Assembly (NCBI RefSeq): GCF_052907905.1
Contig: NZ_CM128590.1
Length of the DNA: 32,000 bases
Reading direction: 5' to 3' (one strand)
Positions 1 through 9,221 of the stretch are shown here, piece after piece (the stretch's first letter is position 1; each line of letters opens with the position of its first letter). The translations under genes were made by a program, and so were the position numbers. Under the pieces are notes generated by a model that ran no database searches, was not told the DNA's origin, and saw nothing but the letters and a program-made list of their open reading frames with translations.

Positions 1-176
1 CTGTCTCGGATGGTTATCTTTAGCTGGTACATGCAAATCCTGAATAAATGCGAATCGGAAGGATAACGATACTGACGTACTCACAATTCTGTAAAGGTGA
101 ATAAAGGAAATTTGCTTAATACGCATAAGTTACATGTGGAATAATCCCATATCTACCTGCGCGGCGCTGGCTTCTT

Positions 177-338
177 TCACTGGTAGGCAGGTGCTCGCAT
201 CATTTCGCGGAACCTGTCGCGACGGGCTATATCGGCATTAACTGAGCGTTCTATCTCCCGTTGATCTACCTGTGTAAGCTGGTGGCCTCCGTGCTCAAGT
301 TTGGCGATGGTCAATAAGGCTATTTCGCGTGGTGTCAT
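177..338 (-). CDS. small hypothetical protein (53 aa, MTPREIALLTIAKLEHGGHQLTQVDQREIERSVNADIARRDRFREMMRAPAYQ)
   Basis: Read directly from the reverse complement; below the size cutoff of the supplied ORF track; same strand as and downstream of the PerC-like gene. Confidence 0.4.
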   Translation of the reverse strand: MTPREIALLTIAKLEHGGHQLTQVDQREIERSVNADIARRDRFREMMRAPAYQ

Positions 339-472
339 ACGTCATACCCTCTGGAAGGATGAAACACGCCCGGATTAAATTTCATTTTTCGCGGGTATAA
401 AAAAACGATGGGGCGGGCAGTCCCGGACAGTCAGGGCTGTAGAGATTTGACTACCCCCTCCCCGCTGGTGGT

Positions 473-754
473 CTACCTTTGCCTCTTGCCGCCATTTAAC
501 CGGAAGGCGTTACCGTTCGGTTGCGCTATCCCCATGCGGTGTTGCGTTTCGGTAACAGCTTTATGCATGTCGCCAAAGTCCTCAACCTTCACGGGCGGGC
601 GCTTCACGTTCTCCAGACACATTTCACGGCGGCGCTTTATCCATTCCCGATCATCGTCCTCGGTGCATAACAGCATGACTTCTGCCCATCGTGCGGCAGC
701 TCTCCGGTATAGCCCTTTTGACTCCAGCTCTTCAGCTTTCCTGTCCCTTATCAT
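473..754 (-). CDS. PerC-like prophage transcriptional regulator (93 aa)
   Basis: N-terminal 'AEELESKGLYRRAAARWAEVM' resembles PerC-family proteins found in E. coli prophages. Confidence 0.7.
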   Translation of the reverse strand: MIRDRKAEELESKGLYRRAAARWAEVMLLCTEDDDREWIKRRREMCLENVKRPPVKVEDFGDMHKAVTETQHRMGIAQPNGNAFRLNGGKRQR

Positions 755-783
755 TTCTGCCTCTCAGATTATATAGATAAGCA

Positions 784-930
784 AAAAGGTGTTGGTTCAG
801 TTGGTTCAGTTGGTTCAATTTGTAAAGAGTATTGTTTTTATTGTGTTTTTTCTAAAATATTGAACCAACATCAACTCATTTTGAACCAACACAGCCCAGC
901 TCTGAACCAACAACACAGCGATAGATTTGT
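784..930. repeat. iteron cluster A: 3 tandem TTGGTTCAR (792-800, 801-809, 810-818) and 3 inverted copies (860-868, 881-889, 902-910)
   Basis: Direct reading of the 9-bp motif; 784-838 is perfectly repeated in inverted orientation at 9284-9338. Confidence 0.85.
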
Positions 931-1119
931 GATTGGTCCGTTATTTTCTGGCTGATATTTGAGCGTATAACAGTGTTATACAGTGGTATACTGTATGGAT
1001 ATTACTCACTGATATGGTCTTTGCAATGAGCAAATCTAATCTGATCGCGTTCCGCATCCCATCTGAATTGCAGGATGAGTTTAATCGGTCTGTTCTCGCT
1101 TCTGGAGGGGATAAAACCT

Positions 1120-2458
1120 CATAAGCGCTAACTTAAGGGTTGTGGTATTACGCCTGATATGATTTAACGTGCCGATGAATTACTCTCACGATAACTGGTC
1201 AGCAATTCTGGCCCATATTGGTAAGCCCGAAGAACTGGATACTTCGGCACGTAATGCCGGGGCTCTAACCCGCCGCCGCGAAATTCGTGATGCTGCAACT
1301 CTGCTACGTCTGGGGCTGGCTTACGGCCCCGGGGGGATGTCATTACGTGAAGTCACTGCATGGGCTCAGCTCCATGACGTTGCAACATTATCTGACGTGG
1401 CTCTCCTGAAGCGGCTGCGGAATGCCGCCGACTGGTTTGGCATACTTGCCGCACAAACACTTGCTGTACGCGCCGCAGTTACGGGTTGTACAAGCGGAAA
1501 GAGATTGCGTCTTGTCGATGGAACAGCAATCAGTGCGCCCGGGGGCGGCAGCGCTGAATGGCGACTACATATGGGATATGATCCTCATACCTGTCAGTTC
1601 ACTGATTTTGAGCTAACCGACAGCAGAGACGCTGAACGGCTGGACCGATTTGCGCAAACGGCAGACGAGATACGCATTGCTGACCGGGGATTCGGTTCGC
1701 GTCCCGAATGTATCCGCTCACTTGCTTTTGGAGAAGCTGATTATATCGTCCGGGTTCACTGGCGAGGATTGCGCTGGTTAACTGCAGAAGGAATGCGCTT
1801 TGACATGATGGGTTTTCTGCGCGGGCTGGATTGCGGTAAGAACGGTGAAACCACTGTAATGATAGGCAATTCAGGTAATAAAAAAGCCGGAGCTCCCTTT
1901 CCGGCACGTCTCATTGCCGTATCACTTCCTCCCGAAAAAGCATTAATCAGTAAAACCCGACTGCTCAGCGAGAATCGTCGAAAAGGACGAGTAGTTCAGG
2001 CGGAAACGCTGGAAGCAGCGGGCCATGTGCTATTGCTAACATCATTACCGGAAGATGAATATTCAGCAGAGCAAGTGGCTGATTGTTACCGTCTGCGATG
2101 GCAAATTGAACTGGCTTTTAAGCGGCTCAAAAGTTTGCTGCACCTGGATGCTTTGCGTGCAAAGGAACCTGAACTCGCGAAAGCGTGGATATTTGCTAAT
2201 CTACTCGCCGCATTTTTAATTGACGACATAATCCAGCCATCGCTGGATTTCCCCCCCAGAAGTGCCGGATCCGAAAAGAAGAACTAACTCGTTGTGGAGA
2301 ATAACAAAAATGGTCATCTGGAGCTTACAGGTGGCCATTCGTGGGACAGTATCCCTGACAGCCTACAAAACGCAATTGAAGAACGCGAGGCATCGTCTTA
2401 ACGAGGCACCGAGGCGTCGCATTCTTCAGATGGTTCAACCCTTAAGTTAGCGCTTATG
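1120..2458 (+). mobile_element. IS186: IS186 (IS4 family), about 1339 bp
   Basis: Terminal inverted repeats CATAAGCGCTAACTTAAGGGTTG at both ends; InsL transposase; 11-bp direct repeats GGATAAAACCT at 1109-1119 and 2459-2469. Confidence 0.93.
1175..2287 (+). CDS. insL: IS186 transposase InsL (370 aa)
   Basis: MNYSHDNWSAILAHIGKPEELDTSARNAG...YRLRWQIELAFKRLKSLLHLD; recognisable IS186 transposase with IS4-family YREK-like region. Confidence 0.93.
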   Translation: MNYSHDNWSAILAHIGKPEELDTSARNAGALTRRREIRDAATLLRLGLAYGPGGMSLREVTAWAQLHDVATLSDVALLKRLRNAADWFGILAAQTLAVRAAVTGCTSGKRLRLVDGTAISAPGGGSAEWRLHMGYDPHTCQFTDFELTDSRDAERLDRFAQTADEIRIADRGFGSRPECIRSLAFGEADYIVRVHWRGLRWLTAEGMRFDMMGFLRGLDCGKNGETTVMIGNSGNKKAGAPFPARLIAVSLPPEKALISKTRLLSENRRKGRVVQAETLEAAGHVLLLTSLPEDEYSAEQVADCYRLRWQIELAFKRLKSLLHLDALRAKEPELAKAWIFANLLAAFLIDDIIQPSLDFPPRSAGSEKKN

Positions 2459-2833
2459 GGATAAAACCTCCTGGCTTGTTGATGCGATTCGCATGAAGCT
2501 GGGACAGACGGAAAAGTCTATTGATTCACGAATGCTTGGGCTGGTGGAGCGCATGGAAAAAGCCGCAGCATCGCTTATTGCCGGAAAGCCGAACATCCCA
2601 CCAAAGCCATATAACGAAACGGCAGTTATAAAGATCATTGCCGATACCATCCGACAGGGATTTGATAATGGGCGTGTGATAGCTGAACGGCTCAATGAAG
2701 CAGGCTACCAAACAAAAGCTGGTAAAGCGTGGGATAAAGACATTTACAGCGCGTGGAAGCGTCAGGGTAACAATATTAAAAGAATCAATACGCTGCTTCA
2801 GTAATTGATCAGTGTATAAATGATATTTATCGC

Positions 2834-3811
2834 TCAATCGCTCCCTTTCCGCCCTTCAGCTACAGGGTCGTTGTCGGCGATAACAAAACCTAAGTCCTGA
2901 GAGAATCTCTCTCGTGGGAATCCTTTAGCAGGTAAACCCATTGAATCATATCCACATCCGGGAACATTTGGTTTAGAGTCAATAAGGTCTGCAATTTGCC
3001 GAAGCCATGTTGATCCCGGACCAAGTTGTTTAACTAAGTACCAGATAATACAGATCGCGCTAAAAATCCTCTCGCAACTCTCTGGATGGAGATTAAGTCC
3101 GTCAAAGTATTCATTATCCGGTACTGGAACTCGGGGATGCTTTCTATTCCATATTCTGGAATGGTGAGCGCAACGATTCCTTATGAGATTAAGGCACTTC
3201 AACCATTTTGCAAATGTCTGCTTATTATCAATGCCAAAACGACGTATAATTTTCCCCTGCATATGACCATTAAGCATCGCATAATATTTAGACATCTGAC
3301 CAAAATCCCAGGTCTCCACCGCCACCCAAAATGGAATCTCCTTGCCTTGGCTTCGATGCCATTCAATACAGTCATCTCTGCTTTCGTCTAATTTTACTTT
3401 TTGCTTATACACCCAATGCTCGAAGGCAGATGAGAATTTTGGATTAATGTATTTTGATGACATGTAGGCAAGTGGATCATTGCGACCAACCTCATGCGCG
3501 ATGACTGAACGAACATGAATCTCTATTCTTTCGATAGCATCAATCATCAAAAGACGCAGTTTTTTGTCAAAAAGATATAGATCGTACGTCTTCTCGAAAC
3601 TGGTACCAGCAAGAAATCGGTCTGTTCTGTACGAAAGACCTTTATCTGTTGTCGCAATAATTCTTGATGGGTACCAAAAACCTGACAATCGATAATATCC
3701 AACCTGCGACAGCTTACGTATCGCACGATTTCGATCATTGATAATCATGCCACGTTCAAGTAGCAATCCTAGCAATTCGTGATAGTCCTTATGAGGCTTT
3801 GCGGCAATCAT
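2834..3811 (-). CDS. Abi_2 (AbiD/AbiF)-like abortive infection protein with HEPN-like RNxxxH motif
   Basis: 'GYYRLSGFWYPSR', 'LYLFDKKLRLLMIDAIERIEIHVRS', and C-terminal 'LNLIRNRCAHHSRIWNR'. The ORF extends to 3856; the second Met (3811) is the more likely start. Confidence 0.8.
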   Translation of the reverse strand: MIAAKPHKDYHELLGLLLERGMIINDRNRAIRKLSQVGYYRLSGFWYPSRIIATTDKGLSYRTDRFLAGTSFEKTYDLYLFDKKLRLLMIDAIERIEIHVRSVIAHEVGRNDPLAYMSSKYINPKFSSAFEHWVYKQKVKLDESRDDCIEWHRSQGKEIPFWVAVETWDFGQMSKYYAMLNGHMQGKIIRRFGIDNKQTFAKWLKCLNLIRNRCAHHSRIWNRKHPRVPVPDNEYFDGLNLHPESCERIFSAICIIWYLVKQLGPGSTWLRQIADLIDSKPNVPGCGYDSMGLPAKGFPRERFSQDLGFVIADNDPVAEGRKGSD

Positions 3812-3981
3812 AGTGGCGAAACAAAAGATAATAAAAGGCCCGACCGTGAAACTCACATGCCTGAAATCGGCGGCGGAGAAACAGAGGATCGGGCTCGGTT
3901 GCCTGTAACTCTATCCGAAGTTATCCACATGTCAATGCACAGTTACTTAGGAAACTAACATAGATACTATCATCACTCACG

Positions 3982-4004
3982 AAAAACCACTATATGTGGT
4001 TTTT
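3982..4004. terminator. hairpin AAAAACCAC-TATAT-GTGGTTTTT
   Basis: 9-bp perfect stem with A/T-rich flanks. Confidence 0.5.
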
Positions 4005-4188
4005 ATTCATATCGTTATCCACTACAGGCTGTGTCAATAATTTTTACCTATTAATTGGGTAATTTCTACATTTTCCTATGCTGGCTAGTTTCTCTACTGA
4101 AAAGTTGGCACTCCTTAATCGCTTTTCGGTTAATACTATCGGTCTTCATATTGCCAGCAGCATACGCCATCCGATAATTTCGATGCTA

Positions 4189-4568
4189 CGCGCGCGTACT
4201 TGTCGCAAAATATCAGGCAAAGGCCAGATTCAGAACGTCGTGATAACCACCAGCACAACATGAGATGTCATGTAACGCGATTTATCACACCAGATACATG
4301 TGATTGGTGTACCCGCATAAAACATTGTCATAGCGCGTCCTGTGCGCATATACGCCGATAATCAACACATCACCACCACTCTGACTTATGTAGAGAACAG
4401 TTTCATGGTATCCCCCGCCATCGTGTGCGTACTGGTCGGACGCAGTTGCAAAAAATTTTGCAACTGATGCCCCTCGCGCGCGTACTTGTCTCGAAATTGG
4501 TGTTTTGCTGTGGCAGTGATATCAGAAAAATCTTCCTGTTTCACATAAAGCGGATATGCGCGTACTGT
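4189..4568. repeat. dispersed GYGCGTACT-type repeats (4189-4204, 4422-4437, 4475-4490, 4557-4568) with a dyad at 4443-4466
   Basis: CGCGCGCGTACTTGTC is perfectly repeated at 4189-4204 and 4475-4490, with related copies CGTGTGCGTACTGGTC and TGCGCGTACTGT. Confidence 0.7.
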
Positions 4569-4641
4569 AACGACCCCATCAACTGGGAGCGGATTTGAAA
4601 TCCCGACCCAAGCTATGTACCAAATGCCATGTCTTGGATAT

Positions 4642-5034
4642 ATGATGATTGCCATTCTAAACAAAGCTAAAGGGAGGGTTGGTGTGAATGCTCAGGCTGT
4701 CATCATGGTTTTACTTGGTCTGATTGTCGCAAAACTATATCCAGACTGGTGGAAAGGGGTATTAGCAACTGTCGCCATCTATTTGCTTTTATCCGTCGTT
4801 AAGCGATCGTTCGTTAAGACCGTAAATCAAGCAAAACGTTTCTCATTTAAGAATTTAATAAACTATATTACTGGGCTTATTTTTTGCCTTTCAATTTTGA
4901 TCGCTTCAGCTTTTTTGCCCGTATCAATAGCTAATTTTTTTGGCGCACCATATGAGGTAGGTTATCTATTCTCTGTTTTTTGTCTTGTTCTTTCCCTTCT
5001 TTACCTATGGATGAGAGCAAAGAACAAAAATTAG
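4642..5034 (+). CDS. hypothetical membrane protein, several predicted transmembrane segments
   Basis: Hydrophobic stretches 'AVIMVLLGLIVAKLY', 'VLATVAIYLLLSVV', 'YITGLIFCLSILIASAFLPV', 'VGYLFSVFCLVLSLLYLWM'. Confidence 0.6.
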   Translation: MMIAILNKAKGRVGVNAQAVIMVLLGLIVAKLYPDWWKGVLATVAIYLLLSVVKRSFVKTVNQAKRFSFKNLINYITGLIFCLSILIASAFLPVSIANFFGAPYEVGYLFSVFCLVLSLLYLWMRAKNKN

Positions 5035-5052
5035 CCATCCATGGCTAACCAG

Positions 5053-7158
5053 TTATTGAGATTCTTTTTGTGATGCCTGTGCGACTCTGGTGAGCGATTG
5101 TGTGACCGTACTGATCGCTCTGTCATATGCTGTGCTACCTTTTGGCGTATTTGCCAGACGTAACAAGGCATTTCGTATAACAGGGCTTTCGTATGCCTTC
5201 GCTGCTCCGCCTACGACACCAGCAGCAGGAACAACAAACGCAGCCGTTTTTAGCATCCCCGCTAATACTGCTGCGTTTATGATGCCACCACCAACTAACA
5301 ATCCATAAAGCTGCTGACCATTTAAGTTTTGAACGTTCGCTTTTGCCGCGTGTCTTGTATCATTGAGGTATTTAATAACGCCGTCCAGTTCCTTTCCATA
5401 TACGCCTTTAAAGAAAGTTGCTGATTGCTTCCTGTTCCGGTGTAACGCATTAATAAACTTCTCAACACTGATATTTCCAGACGGATCAGTCGCCTTATCT
5501 ACAGCATTCTGAACTATGGCGGCTCGTGCGTTTTGCCTACCATTGTCATCCAGAAGCCTGTAAAGCTGAGAACGTTCTGATGGGTTTTGGCTAAAAACAA
5601 GTTTTGTTACATCCTCAGGCGTGGCCTTGCCGCTGGCTATTGCCTTTTGAACGCGCGTTCTTCCCATCATGTCATTGAATCTAGCCCATGAGCGATCAAC
5701 CCTAGACATATTGGTAGCTTCTTCTGAGCCTAGTTTTTGGGATACTGCTTTTTTCATATCCGCTGTATATGCCTTGTAGACAATATCGCTGGCTTTCTGG
5801 AGCGTGTCTTTATCAACAGTCTCGTTTGAATTCATGAACCGCTTTCGAAGGTCAGTTCTGTTTTCTCTCGCCAGACGCAGGTCATTGGGTCCGCTGGTGA
5901 TATCGTCTTTAAATTGCTGCAAGACTTTTACCGCGGCTCTATCCTGAGATTTGCCCGGTCGGCTTAACACGGCAATCTGATTGTCGATAGCTTTTACCGT
6001 GTTTGAGAGATCGACAGGGGTATCCCCCATAGCGTCAATTATGCGGTTATATCGCTTTCCTGCTGCCTCAATGAATTTTTGCTGCCCTTTAGTCGCAGAC
6101 TCATAAAGCTGTTTATCTGAAATTCCCCCCAGACCATCGCTAAATGTTCTGACTAAATTTTCTCGTGCTTGTTGTTGATTCAGTCGGTTCTTACCGGTTC
6201 CAAAAAAAGGAAGTCTTTCGCCTAATGTCTGAGCCTGACTCTGCATAAAGGTTTTATCTTTCAGCATGTCACTGGTCATTAACGGCAGATTTCTTTCCGA
6301 TGCAAAGTCGACAGCAGCCTTTGCTTCAGGCGACATATCACCACGAACAGCCCTCGAAACCGCACTCGCTGTATTTTCCAGCCCCTTACCAATACCACCA
6401 ATGCCAGCAGAAATTACCGTTTGTAACGGATCAATATCTTCTCCACCAGCAAGGCTGGTGGCTCCCTGTAGTGCTAAATCTGTAGCTGCTGATTTTCCTA
6501 TGGCACCAAGCACCGTTCCAGCCCTGCCCGCTGGTGTAAACGCCAACGCATTAGCAAGAAACGAAGTCAGGTCTTGCGGTGATAAACCCGGCTTGTTTAG
6601 GGCATAATCACCTGATGGCAGAGAAACGATAGTATTCCCCTTCTCATCCTGCCTTAATGTCGCCCCCATTCCCTGAAGAATCTTTTCCTGAGACGCGTCA
6701 GAGCCGAAAAGTTGAGACCATCCAGCCTTTAAGGCATCCATGCTTAGTGAGTTCAATTCTGGGGCAGAGGCGACATTTTGCAGTCTCTCCATCTCTGGAG
6801 TCATTCGGCTTTCGCCTGTTATAGCATCGCGCATCGCAGCCCCAAGACTGGCTCCCTGTTCTGCTGAACGCTCAAGCCCCTCTCTTTGCTGAGTAGCTAA
6901 CTTTGCATACCCTGACGCAAGAGAATTATCAGATGATGTATGTTGAATATTTTGAGTTGCTGATTGGGATCGGTCTATTTCATTCGTTGATGGCAGTGGA
7001 TAGGCAGCATAAAAAGCCTGCTTAGCCTGCTCTACACTTTCTCCGGCTTGCGGGGCCACGACTTCATTGAAGTATTGCTCCTGAGCCTGCGCTTTTTGTT
7101 CTGGTGCTAACGCCTGATACTGTGGAGAAGCGATAACATCTTTCCATGCTTTAGCCAT
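5053..7158 (-). CDS. large phage protein resembling podoviral DNA transfer/ejection proteins (701 aa)
   Basis: Large Ala/Gln/Ser-rich protein with glycine-rich hydrophobic segments, paired by a 1-base overlap with the upstream gp20-like ORF. Confidence 0.6.
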   Translation of the reverse strand: MAKAWKDVIASPQYQALAPEQKAQAQEQYFNEVVAPQAGESVEQAKQAFYAAYPLPSTNEIDRSQSATQNIQHTSSDNSLASGYAKLATQQREGLERSAEQGASLGAAMRDAITGESRMTPEMERLQNVASAPELNSLSMDALKAGWSQLFGSDASQEKILQGMGATLRQDEKGNTIVSLPSGDYALNKPGLSPQDLTSFLANALAFTPAGRAGTVLGAIGKSAATDLALQGATSLAGGEDIDPLQTVISAGIGGIGKGLENTASAVSRAVRGDMSPEAKAAVDFASERNLPLMTSDMLKDKTFMQSQAQTLGERLPFFGTGKNRLNQQQARENLVRTFSDGLGGISDKQLYESATKGQQKFIEAAGKRYNRIIDAMGDTPVDLSNTVKAIDNQIAVLSRPGKSQDRAAVKVLQQFKDDITSGPNDLRLARENRTDLRKRFMNSNETVDKDTLQKASDIVYKAYTADMKKAVSQKLGSEEATNMSRVDRSWARFNDMMGRTRVQKAIASGKATPEDVTKLVFSQNPSERSQLYRLLDDNGRQNARAAIVQNAVDKATDPSGNISVEKFINALHRNRKQSATFFKGVYGKELDGVIKYLNDTRHAAKANVQNLNGQQLYGLLVGGGIINAAVLAGMLKTAAFVVPAAGVVGGAAKAYESPVIRNALLRLANTPKGSTAYDRAISTVTQSLTRVAQASQKESQ

Positions 7159-8606
7159 TAATCACCCCATAGTGAAGAAAAGTTACTGCTGGCTGCTGGC
7201 TGTGATACCTGTGCAGGTTGAGATTGCTGCCGCTGAGATTTACCAACATTAACGTTATATTGCTGGTTGTAATTGTCGGTATATTGCTGAATGTCGCGCA
7301 TTGATTGTTGTAGTGCTTCAGGGCTTGAGAAATCAGGCTTTGGCATACCCTGAAAATACCTATTGGCCTCTGCTTCGGTGTTGATGCCAGATGCCCCCAT
7401 ATCTCGGGCTGCCGCAATCCCCTGATTTTGCATTTTGCCCATGATTCGCTGTGCAGCGTTGTATAGTTTCCTCTCCTCAACACCAGATGCCCGGCTACGA
7501 ATATCTGCACCAAGAGCAAAAGAACCTGAAGAACCTGTAATACCTGTCATGAAGCCAAGATCGTCAATTGATGCGCCAGAAATTGCATCAAGATCTTTCT
7601 TCATTTCGTAATTCTGCGCATTAGCTGCCGATGTAGCCGGAGCAGCAATAGAACTTGCGGGGACGCGAATCATATTGCCCTCGTTGTCTATTCCTTCGTA
7701 GAACGCATTAGCACCAGCGCCGTGAAGCTTCCTACCAACCGTTACCGTTCTACCATCTGCCAGTTGCACAACATTCTCCCCGCCAGCAGCAGGACGGCCT
7801 CGAACACGAAGATATGTCTTTTGTTGCTCTGGAGACAGGCTGTTGAAATATTGATATTCTTTAACAGATGCAGGAACAGCACCTCCAGCAGTGCGCAGAG
7901 AGTTTTCACGGCTAACAGCAATGCTTTGCGCCTGTAAACCTTCCCCAGCTTTATTGCTGCGAATCGTCTCTGCCAACTCGCCACGCTCAATATCCCGACC
8001 CTCCATTCGATCTTTGATATCGAAGTACTTCTCATGACCGAGAGAAAACAGCGCCAGATTACCTGCGAAATGCTGGAAGCCCTGCGGGTCATTAACCTGC
8101 ATTTCAGCAATAGTTTCTGGAGGGATACCTAAACGACGCATCTCCTGCTCATTATCCATCATGAACCTGCCAAATGCGCCCGGACCAAGCGATGAGGCTA
8201 CCTGTGCTTTGAGCGCCAGATTGCCATAATCATCCCTTTGAGCATCATCGACATAACTCATCCCTTTACGGACTTCCTCAAACTCTTCTGGGAATGCTGT
8301 AATAAGATTACGCATCTGCTCCCTGTCGCCGGACGCATAAGCATCTGCATAACCTTTCTGGAATGCCGCTTTACGCTCCTGCTGTTGCTGCTGCTTATAA
8401 ATATCAGCAACTCCAGCCAGACCACGTAACGCGGTCAGACCAACGTTATTTGCACCTGAGCGAGCCAGTTCATTGTTTTCGCGGATCAGACCAAGCGTTG
8501 CGTTAATGTCGCTTGCCTTTGGCGCATTCTCATTTTGCGTACCGATGCCAGCCAGAAAACCACCAGAATTAATACCCTGTTGCCACGTAGCCATTGATTT
8601 ACCCAC
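7158..8606 (-). CDS. phage DNA ejection protein-like (P22 gp20-like) (482 aa)
   Basis: '[57 protein letters not shown]...[19 protein letters not shown]' resembles P22-like ejection proteins. Annotated start is GTG at 8606; ATG at 8594 is an alternative. Confidence 0.7.
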   Translation of the reverse strand: MGKSMATWQQGINSGGFLAGIGTQNENAPKASDINATLGLIRENNELARSGANNVGLTALRGLAGVADIYKQQQQQERKAAFQKGYADAYASGDREQMRNLITAFPEEFEEVRKGMSYVDDAQRDDYGNLALKAQVASSLGPGAFGRFMMDNEQEMRRLGIPPETIAEMQVNDPQGFQHFAGNLALFSLGHEKYFDIKDRMEGRDIERGELAETIRSNKAGEGLQAQSIAVSRENSLRTAGGAVPASVKEYQYFNSLSPEQQKTYLRVRGRPAAGGENVVQLADGRTVTVGRKLHGAGANAFYEGIDNEGNMIRVPASSIAAPATSAANAQNYEMKKDLDAISGASIDDLGFMTGITGSSGSFALGADIRSRASGVEERKLYNAAQRIMGKMQNQGIAAARDMGASGINTEAEANRYFQGMPKPDFSSPEALQQSMRDIQQYTDNYNQQYNVNVGKSQRQQSQPAQVSQPAASSNFSSLWGD

Positions 8607-8772
8607 GTCCAGTTAAAGTGTAAGCCAGCGCCTTATCCATTAATCCCCGAGCAATTTCGTGGATCGTTGGCGCAACTCCTACCTCTGATTTTTTACGCTG
8701 CTCCTCCTGAATTTTCTTTATCGCTTCCATTTGCTTCTCACTTATCAATACTGGCTTTACTGAAATAGCCAT
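8599..8772 (-). CDS. small hypothetical protein (57 aa, [57 protein letters not shown])
   Basis: Reverse-strand ORF below the track cutoff; overlaps the GTG start of the 482-aa gene; helical/RHH-like composition. Confidence 0.55.
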   Translation of the reverse strand: MAISVKPVLISEKQMEAIKKIQEEQRKKSEVGVAPTIHEIARGLMDKALAYTLTGRG

Positions 8773-9221
8773 AACGCCCCCTTAGAACTGTATAAAACAA
8801 CAGTTATTATAGTTTCACAAATCGCAATATTCATCATCGTAATTGCAAAATATGAAACAAATAGCACAAAAAAATGCCACCGCTCAGTAGCTGGTGGCAT
8901 CGTTCTGTATGTCAGGTTTTGACAGGTTTTTTATGGACTCTAAAAACTATATTTATGGTGTCGCATTACTCTTCACGGCAGGCGCTTTCCAGTTCTGCCC
9001 TTGCTTCTGGCTCCATTGGTAATTTGATTCGCGATCAGCTATGCGGATGGTTTGCTGAACAGGCATAACAACTTCTCAAAGGCTGTTTTTTGAACTACGA
9101 AAATTTCGTAGTGCTCACTTTCAAAAACGTCACGCCCTTGTACACAGGATTTTACGAAAGTCTCGTAAAACACTCTCTGATGCCAGCCAGGTGTTGTGCG
9201 CATCAATTCAGTCACATTGTG

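Larger units (their letters stand above)
1026..2804 (+). pseudogene. small protein gene (142 aa after removal of the insertion) interrupted by IS186; N-terminus resembles ribbon-helix-helix proteins
   Basis: Joining 1026-1119 to 2470-2804 gives one 429-nt ORF, MSKSNLIAFRIPSELQDEFNRSVLASGGDKTSWLVDAIRMKLGQ...INTLLQ. Confidence 0.8.

Noticed and set aside
408-776. ORF 408..776 (+), 122 aa
   Set aside because: Antisense to the better supported PerC-like gene; low-complexity Ser/Arg-rich product.
784-930. CRISPR array
   Set aside because: Repeats are 9 bp, tandem or unevenly spaced and in both orientations, with no spacer structure and no cas genes.
1120-2458. Transposon carrying cargo genes
   Set aside because: Only the IS186 transposase lies between the terminal repeats; the other ORFs inside are antisense or frame shadows.
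3086-3391. Plus-strand ORFs 3086..3391 and 3547..3738
   Set aside because: Antisense shadows inside the Abi-like gene.
3857-4641. Retron or other reverse-transcriptase-linked ncRNA
   Set aside because: No reverse transcriptase or YADD-type motif in the flanking ORFs.
4078-4664. ORFs 4078..4263 (+) and 4386..4664 (-) in the repeat block
   Set aside because: Compositionally odd, overlapping repeats and the dyad, with no recognisable protein features; treated as non-coding.
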